From positions 7,075 through 71,074 of the forward strand of contig CAYLTD010000019.1 in the NCBI GenBank assembly GCA_964386715.1: 64,000 bases of DNA, written 5' to 3'. Each line of letters begins with the position of its first letter. Within the stretch, counting starts at the first letter, position 1. The notes beneath the pieces were generated by a model. The model made no database searches, was not told the origin of the DNA, and saw only the letters and a program-made list of their open reading frames with translations. Position numbers and translations under genes: made by a program. Below, piece after piece: positions 21,240 through 29,604 of the stretch. The stretch comes from an uncultured Bifidobacterium sp. Lineage in GTDB: Bacteria; Acidobacteriota; Vicinamibacteria; Vicinamibacterales; CAVVIG01.

Positions 21240-22618
21240 AGCACGTACCGGGAGAGGTCTTGGTTCTTGACGATGTCCGCGAGCATCCGGGTGACGTAGG
21301 CTTCGTCGATCACGACGTCCTTGTTGGTGAGGTCGGGCCCTTCGAACGAGATTTCGTCGAGCAGCCGCTCCATCACCGTGTGGAGGCGCCGCGCCCCGAT
21401 GTTCTCGGTGCGCTCGTTGACGAGGGTGGCGAAATCGGCGACCTTCCGGACCGCGTCCTCCGTGAATGTGAGCGAGATGCCCTCGGTCGCCATCAAGGCC
21501 GTGTACTGCTTGATGAGCGCGCTCCGCGGCTCCGTGAGGATGCGCACGAACTCGTCCTTCCCAAGCGGCTCGAGTTCCACGCGAATCGGGAAGCGCCCCT
21601 GCAGTTCGGGGATGAGATCGGAAGGCTTCGAGACGTGAAACGCGCCCGCGGCGATGAAGAGGATGTGGTCGGTCCGCACCAGTCCGTGCTTGGTGTGGAC
21701 GGTGGTGCCCTCGACGATCGGCAGGATGTCGCGCTGCACCCCTTCTCGGCTCACATCCGGGCCGTGCGCACCTTCACGTCCGGCAATCTTGTCGATCTCG
21801 TCCACGAAGATGATGCCGGACTGCTCGACTCGCGCGACGGCCGCGCGCGAAACGCTGTCCATGTCGATCAGCTTCTGTTCCTCTTCCTGGACCAGATGCT
21901 CGAGCGCGTCCGGCACCTTCATGCGACGCCTCTTCGTCCGTCCCTGGAAGAGCCCCTGCATCGTGTCGGTCAGGTTCGCGCCGATCTCCTCGACCGAAGC
22001 TCCCGACACGACGTCGAGCGATGGGAAACTCGGCTTCTCGCGGACGTCGAGTTCCACCGTGCGCGCATCGAGCCGCCCCGCACGCAGCTGCTCGCGGATA
22101 CGCTCGCGCGTCTGGAGGTGCCCGTCACGCGCCGCCGGCGTGTCCTCGTCCGCCCCCGGCGGACGGGTGGGCGGCAGCAACAGGTCGAGGAGACGCTCCT
22201 CGGCATTCTCGGCCGCCTTGCCCCGGACCTCCTCGCTCCGCTCGGCCCGAATCATCTCGACGCCGAGCTCGACCAGATCGCGCACCATCGACTCGACGTC
22301 GCGGCCAACGTAGCCGACCTCCGTGAACTTCGACGCTTCGACCTTGATGAACGGCGACTGGGCGAGCCTGGCGAGACGCCGCGCAATCTCGGTCTTGCCC
22401 ACCCCGGTCGGCCCGATCATCAGGATGTTCTTCGGTGCGACATCCTCGGCCAGTTCGGGCGACAGCTTCTGCCGGCGCAGCCGGTTCCTCAGGGCGATCG
22501 CCACCGCACGCTTGGCCGCAGCCTGACCGACGACGTGCTTGTCGAGTTCGGCGACGATCTCGCGGGGCGTCAACGACTCGGTGGCCGTCCTGGTGCTTTC
22601 CGGCAGGAAGATGGGCAC
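21236..22618 (-). CDS. hslU: ATP-dependent protease ATPase subunit HslU
   Basis: GTG at 22618 lies 4 nt after the hslV stop and gives [44 protein letters not shown]. Walker A is [15 protein letters not shown]. The 5-prime extension shown in the ORF track overlaps hslV and is unlikely to be real. Confidence 0.95.
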   Translation of the reverse strand: MPIFLPESTRTATESLTPREIVAELDKHVVGQAAAKRAVAIALRNRLRRQKLSPELAEDVAPKNILMIGPTGVGKTEIARRLARLAQSPFIKVEASKFTEVGYVGRDVESMVRDLVELGVEMIRAERSEEVRGKAAENAEERLLDLLLPPTRPPGADEDTPAARDGHLQTRERIREQLRAGRLDARTVELDVREKPSFPSLDVVSGASVEEIGANLTDTMQGLFQGRTKRRRMKVPDALEHLVQEEEQKLIDMDSVSRAAVARVEQSGIIFVDEIDKIAGREGAHGPDVSREGVQRDILPIVEGTTVHTKHGLVRTDHILFIAAGAFHVSKPSDLIPELQGRFPIRVELEPLGKDEFVRILTEPRSALIKQYTALMATEGISLTFTEDAVRKVADFATLVNERTENIGARRLHTVMERLLDEISFEGPDLTNKDVVIDEAYVTRMLADIVKNQDLSRYVL

Positions 22619-22622
22619 GGGC

Positions 22623-23150
22623 CTAGAGCTCTTCGATCGCGATGTTCGCGTTGGTGTAGATGCAGATTTCACCCGCGATCGCCATGGCGCGCTCGGCAAT
22701 CGTGCGGGCGTCGAGCGAAGTGTGGCGGGTGAGTGCGCGCGCGGCGGCGAGGGCGTAAGGCCCCCCGGATCCGATCGCCACCACCCCGTCGTCGGGTTCG
22801 ATGAGATCGCCCGTGCCCGACAGCAGGAACGTCGACTGCTGGTCGAGCACGAGCAGCATGGCCTCGAGCCTGCGCAGCAGGCGATCGCTCCGCCAGTCCC
22901 TTGCGAGTTCGACGGCCGATCGTTCGAGGTTGCCTCGGTATTGCTCGAGCTTGGCTTCGAAGCGCGAGAACAACGCGAAGGAGTCGGCGGCGGAACCCGC
23001 GAAGCCGGCGAGGATGCGGTCGTTGTACAGCCGCCGGATCTTGCGTGCTCCCTGCTTCATCACGGTCCGGCCGAAGGTCACCTGGCCATCGCCGGCGAGA
23101 ACCGCCCGTCCCTGGTGCCGGACGGCGAGGATCGTGGTGCTGTGGAACAC
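22623..23150 (-). CDS. hslV: ATP-dependent protease peptidase subunit HslV
   Basis: (GTG start) [27 protein letters not shown]...[10 protein letters not shown]...[13 protein letters not shown]. The N-terminal-Thr protease signature is present. Confidence 0.95.
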   Translation of the reverse strand: MFHSTTILAVRHQGRAVLAGDGQVTFGRTVMKQGARKIRRLYNDRILAGFAGSAADSFALFSRFEAKLEQYRGNLERSAVELARDWRSDRLLRRLEAMLLVLDQQSTFLLSGTGDLIEPDDGVVAIGSGGPYALAAARALTRHTSLDARTIAERAMAIAGEICIYTNANIAIEEL

Positions 23151-23158
23151 GAACTCTG

Positions 23159-23188
23159 ACTGTATCGGCCGGATGATCGGGGTGTCAA
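23159..23188 (-). promoter_or_regulatory. Sigma-70-like promoter candidate for hslVU and downstream genes (TTGACA-18 nt-TACAGT)
   Basis: The minus strand reads TTGACA (23188-23183), an 18-nt spacer, then TACAGT (23164-23159). The -10 ends only 8 nt before the GTG start, which implies a very short leader. Confidence 0.4.
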
Positions 23189-23281
23189 GAAAACGGGACG
23201 ACCCCTGCCCACACGTCAGGACACGCCGCGACGCGCGACGGGAATCCGCGCAAAATGCGGCGAGTTTGGCCGATGCGCGTC

Positions 23282-23297
23282 TGGCAGCGTGGTTGCT
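23282..23297 (+). promoter_or_regulatory. -24/-12 (sigma-54-type) promoter candidate
   Basis: TGGCAG-CGTGG-TTGCT versus TGGCAC-N5-TTGCW (one mismatch). The predicted +1 is near 23308, leaving a 13-nt leader that still contains GGAG (23311-23314) before ATG 23321. Confidence 0.6.
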
Positions 23298-23320
23298 CTC
23301 GTGCAGAGGTGGAGCCGTCC

Positions 23321-24292
23321 ATGGTCACATCGAACAGGTTCTTTTCCGTCTTTCATCGTCCTGGTGCGGCCGCGCTGCTCGTGGCCGCCGGACTCATCGC
23401 ACCGGTCGGGCCCGCGGCGGCGCAGGAGCCCGTTACCGACGAGGCTCAGGCCAGCGCGGGCGCAGTGGCAGCGCCGGAGCCGGCCTTCGCTGTCGCACGC
23501 GCATCCCGCGTACCAGACGCCGACGCAGGCCGCACGATCGACGGCCGCGTCTCGGCAGTCGCCGGTGAACTGCAGACGGTGTTCGAGCAGCGCTCCCGCG
23601 GAGGCGGGGGCGGTCGGAGCGGCGGCGGGTCGGGCGGCGGCACGGCCGTGCCGCGCGGCGGCGGCGGCGGCGGCAGCAGTGCCGGGGGCGGCGGGTCGCG
23701 AGGTGGGTCCGGAGGCGGAACCTACACCGGTCCACGCACCAGGAGCCGCAGCGGGAGCGGCGGCGATGCGAGCGGTACGCCCACCTACAGTCGGCCCCGC
23801 GACGGGCGGAATGCGACAGGTGAAGCCGTGCAGCGGAGGCCCGGCACAGGGGGAGGGGGCGGGGGCGGGGGGACGACCGTCATCGTGCCCGGCCGCGGGT
23901 ACTGGGGCGGCCTGTATCCCTGGGGCTGGGGCGGCCTCGGCTTCGGTGGGCTTTACGGCGGCTACTGGGGCGGATGGGGCGGCGGCTTCTACGACCCGTG
24001 GTGGTATGGCGGCTATCCCGCGGGTGGTTGGGCCGGCGGCGTCGCTTACGCGGACGGTGGCATCAAGCTGAAGATGAAGCCGCGGCAGGCTGAAGTGTTC
24101 GTCGACGGGTACTTCGCGGGACGGGTGGACGACTACGATGGGTTCCTGCAGCGCCTGCGCCTCGAGCCCGGACCGCACCGCGTGGAGGTGCGGCTGGACG
24201 GGTACGAGCCGCTGTCTTTCGAGGTACGGATCATCCCGGACCGCACGATCAGCTACAAGGGATCGCTGAAGAAGATCGGCGAAACCAACTAG
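23321..24292 (+). CDS. Secreted Gly-rich low-complexity protein with C-terminal PEGA domain
   Basis: ATG 23321 has GGAG 6 nt upstream. The signal peptide reads [37 protein letters not shown] long RGG/SGG tract is followed by a GW/GY tract ([48 protein letters not shown]). The PEGA-like end reads [20 protein letters not shown]...[17 protein letters not shown]. Confidence 0.75.
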   Translation: MVTSNRFFSVFHRPGAAALLVAAGLIAPVGPAAAQEPVTDEAQASAGAVAAPEPAFAVARASRVPDADAGRTIDGRVSAVAGELQTVFEQRSRGGGGGRSGGGSGGGTAVPRGGGGGGSSAGGGGSRGGSGGGTYTGPRTRSRSGSGGDASGTPTYSRPRDGRNATGEAVQRRPGTGGGGGGGGTTVIVPGRGYWGGLYPWGWGGLGFGGLYGGYWGGWGGGFYDPWWYGGYPAGGWAGGVAYADGGIKLKMKPRQAEVFVDGYFAGRVDDYDGFLQRLRLEPGPHRVEVRLDGYEPLSFEVRIIPDRTISYKGSLKKIGETN

Positions 24293-25662
24293 GGTCGGGT
24301 GCGCGCCGCCGAGCGCTGCATCCACCAGTAAACCGGAATCCCCAGCGCGATGATGGCGAGGCCCGCCAGCGACGGCTGGGGATTGCGCCAGATCTCATTG
24401 CCGACCATCACGGCGCTCGCGACCACGAAGATCGCCGGCGCCGCGGGATAGCCCCACGCCCGGAACGGGCGCTCGCGCGCGGGCTCACGCCGCCGCAGCA
24501 CGAACACCGCCGCCACCGCAACTCCGGAGAACAGCACGACCGCGAACCCGGTGTAACTCACCAGTTGCGAGAGCGACGCGGACAGCACCAGCACCCCGCT
24601 CCACAGCGCCTGCGTGACGATGGCACTGACCGGCGCGTGGAACCGTGGATGGATCCGGGCGGCAGGGGCGGCGAACAGTCCGTCCCGCGCCATCGCGAAG
24701 TACACCCGCGGGCCCGCCAGCACCATGGCGCTGATGCTGGCGGCGATGCTGATGATGGTGAACACGGCGAGCAGGCTGCCCACCGTGAAGCCGAACAGCC
24801 GTTCGGCAACCGTGTCCACGAGCGTTCCCTTGACGGCCGCCAGTTCGGCCGCGGGGAGCGCAACCAGGTAGAGCGCGTTCAACCCGAGATAGATGAGCAC
24901 CACGGCCAGTGTGCCGAGCCCCAGGGCGAGCGGCACGTTTCGCTGGGGCTCGCGGACTTCCTCCGCCACGTAGGCGGCGGCGTTCCAGCCCGAGTACGTG
25001 AACATCACCGGAACCAGCGCCAGCACGACGCCGGTGAGTGGAATCGTCCCTGGCGTGGCGATGTTCGCGGCGTGGCCGCCGCCGGCGGAAAAGCCAGCTG
25101 CAAGAAACAGCAGGATGCCGGAGACCTTCGCACCCGCCAGGATGTTCTGCACGACACGCCCCGGCCCGAGGCCGCGCAGGTGGACAAGCGTAATCAAGAG
25201 GATCGCGGCCAGCGCGAACAGCGACTTTGGCGTCACCACGAGGGAGACCGCGGGGATGGGGATCGTCAGCAGCGGCGTGGCGTCGCCTGCGATTGGCACG
25301 AACCGTCCGAGATACTCGGCGAGCGCGACGGCACTGGCCGCGATCGCGCCCGAGAAGCCGGCAACGAACGACGTCCACCCGCTCAGGAATCCCGCCAGCG
25401 GACCGAACGCCTCGCGCAGGTAGACGTACTCGCCACCGGCGCGCGGACGCATGGACGCGAGTTCGGCGTACGCCATGGCGCCGGCAAAGGCCAAGGCCCC
25501 TCCGAGGGCCCAGACCAGCAGGATGCCGGGGGCGCTGGGCACCAGGCCGGCGACGATGATCGGCGAAAAGAAGATGCCGCCACCGATGACATTGGAGACG
25601 ACGATGGCGGCCGCGTCGACGGGGCCGAGGCGTCTCTGGAGGGCCGGGGCGGGTGCGGGCAC
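24289..25662 (-). CDS. APC superfamily amino acid permease
   Basis: About 12 TM segments. The N-terminal signature reads VSNVIGGGIFFSP...LVWALGGALAFAGAMAYAELASMRPRAGGEYVY. Confidence 0.9.
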   Translation of the reverse strand: MPAPAPALQRRLGPVDAAAIVVSNVIGGGIFFSPIIVAGLVPSAPGILLVWALGGALAFAGAMAYAELASMRPRAGGEYVYLREAFGPLAGFLSGWTSFVAGFSGAIAASAVALAEYLGRFVPIAGDATPLLTIPIPAVSLVVTPKSLFALAAILLITLVHLRGLGPGRVVQNILAGAKVSGILLFLAAGFSAGGGHAANIATPGTIPLTGVVLALVPVMFTYSGWNAAAYVAEEVREPQRNVPLALGLGTLAVVLIYLGLNALYLVALPAAELAAVKGTLVDTVAERLFGFTVGSLLAVFTIISIAASISAMVLAGPRVYFAMARDGLFAAPAARIHPRFHAPVSAIVTQALWSGVLVLSASLSQLVSYTGFAVVLFSGVAVAAVFVLRRREPARERPFRAWGYPAAPAIFVVASAVMVGNEIWRNPQPSLAGLAIIALGIPVYWWMQRSAARTRP

Positions 25663-25678
25663 GCGCGCAGCCGTGACG

Positions 25679-26158
25679 TTATCGGGCGAGCAGCTGGCGC
25701 TCGACCGGGTGCTCTGCGATGAGCGTCCACTGGGTCGAGCCGTACTTGGCGAAGATCTGGACGCGCGCGTCCACGAACAGCTTGTTGGCGAGCATCTGCG
25801 CGCGCGGCTCGGTACTCGTGTAGCCGAGGTTCGATTTGACCGTCAGGACGTTGCTGGACGCGCCAGGCGCCAGGCCCTCAGAGCCGGTGACCTTCAGGAA
25901 GCCGGCGCCCCACTCCTCGTTTTCGCCAACGCGTCGGAAGATGACGTTGCCTTGCAGGGTCGTTAACGGTTCGGTGCCGACGTTCTTGAAGCGGAACGTG
26001 ACAGTGGGCGCGATCTTGTTCTGGCCATTCACGACGCCAAGGTCCGACCAGCCGGTCGAGACCTCTTCCACCTGAAGCGCGGTCTTCAGATCGATCTTGG
26101 AACCGCAGCTTGCACCGGCGAGGGCGAGCAGCAGTGTCAGGCAGAGTGTCGCGCGCAT
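25679..26158 (-). CDS. Hypothetical lipoprotein
   Basis: MRATLCLTLLLALAGASCGSK (lipobox) followed by a beta-rich body. Third codon positions are G/C-rich, and it lies on the same strand as the ECF operon upstream. Confidence 0.6.
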   Translation of the reverse strand: MRATLCLTLLLALAGASCGSKIDLKTALQVEEVSTGWSDLGVVNGQNKIAPTVTFRFKNVGTEPLTTLQGNVIFRRVGENEEWGAGFLKVTGSEGLAPGASSNVLTVKSNLGYTSTEPRAQMLANKLFVDARVQIFAKYGSTQWTLIAEHPVERQLLAR

Positions 26159-26167
26159 GCCGCCATT

Positions 26168-27106
26168 CTAGAACACCCGGACTTCGATGCGGTCGCGCAC
26201 GTCCAGCCGGGACACCTGTCCCCCGAGAAACGCGGTCAGGTCCGCGCCCCGTACCCGAATGACGACCGTGCGGGCTTCAGTGTCCACCCCGAGCCTGGGT
26301 CGGTCGTCGCTGCGCCGGGCCGCGACCGTGAGCCATTCGGATGCTCCGATGTTCAGGCCGCGGCTGTGCTCGAGCATGGCGTCGATCAGAGCCTCCCGGA
26401 TTTCGGTGCGGTAGGCCTCTTCAGGGTCGGCCAGCACCGCATCCACCGCTGGACGGGCCGCACTGACTGCGCTGGCCGGCACCGGACCCACGCCGATCGC
26501 CTGGGTGGCCGCGCCTGCGGGATCGGGAGCGGCCGGCAGGGGCGCCACCTGAAGCTCGACGCGTTTGAAGGCCTGCTGCACGTCGCTGCCTGCGGCCTGG
26601 ACGAACGTGCGCAGCGTGCCGAGCGCCCGCTCCAGGCCGAGGTCGTTCTGGTCGAGCGTCCGCATGCTCCAGGCAAACGTCCCCTCGAGCGAGGGCACCT
26701 CGACATCGAAGAACACGCCGTACCCCTCGAGGCGGAACCCGCGTGCGCGCGCGTTCTCGGCGAGCAGCATGTCCGCCGGCATGGCGGCGGACAGCCTGTC
26801 CCTCATGACCGTAGCCCCGTGCTCCACGGCGCCCTCGAGCACGCGCTCCATCTGGCCGATCTGGTAGCGCGCTTCCCGGAGCCGCTGCTGTTCCTGGCGC
26901 CCGGCGCCCGCACTGCCACGCGCTTCCGGGGGCTGCGCGCCGACCAGCGACGCCAGGCCGACCATCATCGCCGTTACGCAAGCAGTCCGCATGAATACGA
27001 AAGCAGTCCGCATGAAGATGTATCCCTGCCGTGTGTCGTACGCCCGTGACTCCGCCGGGCGCGCCGTCGAGTCGTCCATGTGCCCCTCTGCCGGCCCAGG
27101 CGGCAT
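26168..27106 (-). CDS. Hypothetical secreted or membrane-anchored protein (no recognisable family)
   Basis: The ORF has coding-like composition. The hydrophobic segment MRTACVTAMMVGLASLVGAQP looks like a signal peptide if translation starts at ATG 26992 or 27013. ATG 27106, 4 nt after the anti-sigma stop, is the longest option. The start is unresolved. Confidence 0.55.
   Translation of the reverse strand: MPPGPAEGHMDDSTARPAESRAYDTRQGYIFMRTAFVFMRTACVTAMMVGLASLVGAQPPEARGSAGAGRQEQQRLREARYQIGQMERVLEGAVEHGATVMRDRLSAAMPADMLLAENARARGFRLEGYGVFFDVEVPSLEGTFAWSMRTLDQNDLGLERALGTLRTFVQAAGSDVQQAFKRVELQVAPLPAAPDPAGAATQAIGVGPVPASAVSAARPAVDAVLADPEEAYRTEIREALIDAMLEHSRGLNIGASEWLTVAARRSDDRPRLGVDTEARTVVIRVRGADLTAFLGGQVSRLDVRDRIEVRVF
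26976..27017. repeat. 21-bp tandem duplication (2 copies, 19/21 identical)
   Basis: acgcaagcagtccgcatgaat / acgaaagcagtccgcatgaag. On the coding (minus) strand this duplicates the start-codon region, giving FMRTAFV-FMRTACV. Confidence 0.85.
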
Positions 27107-27110
27107 GCCG

Positions 27111-27926
27111 CTACGGCCGTTGTGAGACCTGCTGCGCCAGGCTGTTCAATTGCCGTTGGGTTCTCATCACCTCGACGCCCGTGCGGCTCTGAATCAGCCC
27201 GAGGCTGCGATCGATCTTCACGAGATCGGCCTGCCGTTGCGCCTGCGCCTCGCGGGCGACCTGCGCGACACGAAGCGCCAGCTCGTTCTGCTGTCGCTGC
27301 TCGCTCTCGGCCACGAGGGCACGCACGCGCCGGAGCAGCGACTCGGCGTCGGTCGACGAGACCGCCTCGACGCGTGTCCGCTGCGCCGCCAGTTCCGACC
27401 GCAGGGCGCCTTCGAGCGCGACCAGGTCCGCCTTCCACGGAGTATCGGCCGGTCCTGCCAGGGCTGCGGGTGTCGGCGAGGTGGTGCCACGAGCCGTCGC
27501 CTGGGACGACTCCAACGGCGCCATCCAGCCCGTGCGAACGGTGAGGCCGTCTCCCGTGAACGAGACCCGCAGGTTGGCCAGGCCCAGTCCCGCCGAGAAC
27601 AGCAGGACCGCCGCGGCTGCCTGTGCCCACGCCGGGAGCCGATGCCCCGCGTAACTCCAGCGTTCGGCCGCGGCGGGCGCCGGGACCAGGCGCAGCGGCA
27701 CGCGCGGCGACTTTCCGCCCACTCCTGGCGCCGGCTCGGGTGACGCCCAGCTCGCGAGCGTCTCCCTGACGTCCGAGAAGGCCGCCAGCTCACTCCGACA
27801 CGCCGCGCACGCCGGAAGATGGGCCTCGAAGACGCGTCGGTCCGGCGCGTCGAGTTCGTCATACACGAATGCGATCAGCGCCTCTTCGCGCTGCTCGCCA
27901 AATGGACAGGTCATCTCGTTCTTCAT
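27111..27926 (-). CDS. Anti-sigma factor (zf-HC2), single TM, periplasmic coiled-coil domain
   Basis: The N-terminus ...FEAHLPACAACRSEL matches the H-x3-C-x2-C zinc motif. The TM segment is AAAAVLLFSAGLGLANL. It starts 1 nt after the ECF sigma stop. Confidence 0.8.
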   Translation of the reverse strand: MKNEMTCPFGEQREEALIAFVYDELDAPDRRVFEAHLPACAACRSELAAFSDVRETLASWASPEPAPGVGGKSPRVPLRLVPAPAAAERWSYAGHRLPAWAQAAAAVLLFSAGLGLANLRVSFTGDGLTVRTGWMAPLESSQATARGTTSPTPAALAGPADTPWKADLVALEGALRSELAAQRTRVEAVSSTDAESLLRRVRALVAESEQRQQNELALRVAQVAREAQAQRQADLVKIDRSLGLIQSRTGVEVMRTQRQLNSLAQQVSQRP

Positions 27927-27927
27927 G

Positions 27928-28500
27928 TCACGCCACTCGCCCGGCGGTCCGCTCCAGTTCGCGGCGCAGCACCGTCAGTCCTTGATACAAGCGCGTCTTC
28001 ACCGTGCTCAGCGGACACCCCATCAGGTCTGCGATCTCCTGGAACGTCAGGCCGTGATACTCCTTCAGGATGATCGCCTCTCGCTGCTCATCGGGCAGGA
28101 GCGCCATCGCCCGTTCCACGTGTCGAGTCAGGTCCTTGCGCGCGACCAGCGCCTCGATCGATTCCGACGGCTCGGTCGAGGCCTGGAGGTCGGCCAGGTC
28201 GGTGTCCTCCGGCGGCTGGACGACCGGCGTGCGGCGCTCCCGGCGCATCCAGTCGTGGCACAGGTTCAGCGTGATGCGATAGAGCCAGGACGAGAACTTC
28301 GCCTGTCCCCGGAACTTGGGTAACGCCCGGAAGGCGCGCAGGAACGTCTCCTGGCACACGTCCCGTGCGTCCTCTTCGCGGCCGATGGTGCGGTACGCCA
28401 ACGCATAGATTGGCCGCTCCCACCGCAGGACCAGCTGGTTGAAACTGTCGTGATCGCCGCCCATCGATCGGGCGACGAGTTCTTCGTCGGTCCACGTCAT
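27928..28500 (-). CDS. ECF (group 4) RNA polymerase sigma factor
   Basis: Region 2 reads FNQLVLRWERPIYALAYR...EDARDVCQETFLRAF and FSSWLYRITLN. Region 4 reads LPDEQREAIILKEYHGLTFQEIADLMGCPLSTVKTRLYQG. Confidence 0.92.
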   Translation of the reverse strand: MTWTDEELVARSMGGDHDSFNQLVLRWERPIYALAYRTIGREEDARDVCQETFLRAFRALPKFRGQAKFSSWLYRITLNLCHDWMRRERRTPVVQPPEDTDLADLQASTEPSESIEALVARKDLTRHVERAMALLPDEQREAIILKEYHGLTFQEIADLMGCPLSTVKTRLYQGLTVLRRELERTAGRVA

Positions 28501-28998
28501 GCGTCGCCGGGGGCCCTCACAAGCTTAGACGGTCCCGGCCGTGGTTCGGCCGGACGCCTGCCGGCCGCCCCTCCGGGTGCTCGCCCGGCGCGCCGGTGTA
28601 GCCGAGCTTGGATGTGGTCCCTCCCAGTGCTCGAGCGCTGACCCGAAGGCGCCCTGCCGGCGGCCACAGCCGCGATCGGCCGCGCCGCCCGGCGTCGGGC
28701 CCGGAGGCGCAGCCACGCGGACGACCCGCTGGCGCAGTGCGCAGGACCAAGCGCCACGCGCGTCGCGTACTCGCCCCGGCGCTCCAGGCCTGCGCGGGGT
28801 ACCGCCCCCTGTGACAAGGCCACACCCCCGACATCGAAGTTCGTGCGACACTAAGTGCAGCAGCCGCGCAGAACCTTGTGGTCCGTGGTGTCGAGCGAGG
28901 GGGGAGGCTCCAGGCCACCACCTGCGCGGACGCGCGCACGCCGGAATCATTCACGACAGGGAGCGGTCGGCCCGGTCGGATCGCCGAGCAACACCAGG

Positions 28999-29604
28999 AT
29001 GATTGACAAGACGTTTCTGACAACCGAAGAAGTACTCGAATACCTGCAGGTCAACCTGCGGACGGTATACCGGTTGATTCAGGCCGGCAAGCTGCCCGCC
29101 GTCCGCGTCGGTCGACAGTGGCGCTTCCGCAAGACGGACATCGACTCGTGGCTGGACAGTCAGCACACGCGCGCCGCCGCCCGTCCGGCCGTGTCGGCCG
29201 CCTCCCCTGCCCCGGCCGACGCGCGGGAGGCGCAGGCCGGTCGGCGCCCGAGGATCCTCGTGGTCGACGACGAGCCGAGCATCCGCGACGTCCTCGCGAA
29301 GACACTCGCCCTGGCAGACTACGACGTCGACCTCGCGCAGGACGGCCGGGCCGCACTCGATCGCGTGCGGCGCGGCAGCTACGACCTCCTCATCGCAGAC
29401 TTGAAGATGCCGGACCTCGACGGGCTCAGCGTCATCCGAGAGGCCCGGCGCTACGAGTCCGACCTGCCGGTCATCATCATCACCGGCTACTCGACGGAGT
29501 CGGCCGCCATCGAAGCGGTGAACCTTGGTGTGTCCGGCTACCTGACCAAGCCGTTTCGCGTGCCGCAGGTCCTCGCCGCGGCCGCCAAGGCCCTCGGCGA
29601 GTGA
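28999..29604 (+). CDS. Excisionase/MerR-type HTH fused to a C-terminal receiver (REC) domain
   Basis: ATG 28999 gives MIDKTFLTTEEVLEYLQVNLRTVYRLIQAGKLPAVRVGRQWRFRKTDIDSWL, an excisionase-family HTH. A linker follows, then RILVVDDEPSIRDVL...DLLIADLKMPDLDG...YLTKPF, the REC domain with its phospho-acceptor Asp context. Confidence 0.85.
   Translation: MIDKTFLTTEEVLEYLQVNLRTVYRLIQAGKLPAVRVGRQWRFRKTDIDSWLDSQHTRAAARPAVSAASPAPADAREAQAGRRPRILVVDDEPSIRDVLAKTLALADYDVDLAQDGRAALDRVRRGSYDLLIADLKMPDLDGLSVIREARRYESDLPVIIITGYSTESAAIEAVNLGVSGYLTKPFRVPQVLAAAAKALGE

Noticed and set aside
28501-28560. ECF-type autoregulatory promoter upstream of the ECF sigma gene (GAACC ... GTCTAA on the minus strand).
   Set aside because: The spacer between the AAC and the TCTAA/CGTC element is only 12-14 nt, versus about 16-17 in characterised ECF promoters. 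I could not find a better-spaced pair by eye.
28501-28998. Possible small gene or known ncRNA (SRP, 6S, RNase P) in the 498-bp divergent gap between the ECF sigma and HTH-REC genes.
   Set aside because: All ORFs there are Arg/Pro/Ala shadows. I saw no SRP (GGAAGCAGCC), RNase P (GAGGAAAGTCC) or tmRNA signatures. The region remains unexplained and could be scanned with Rfam.
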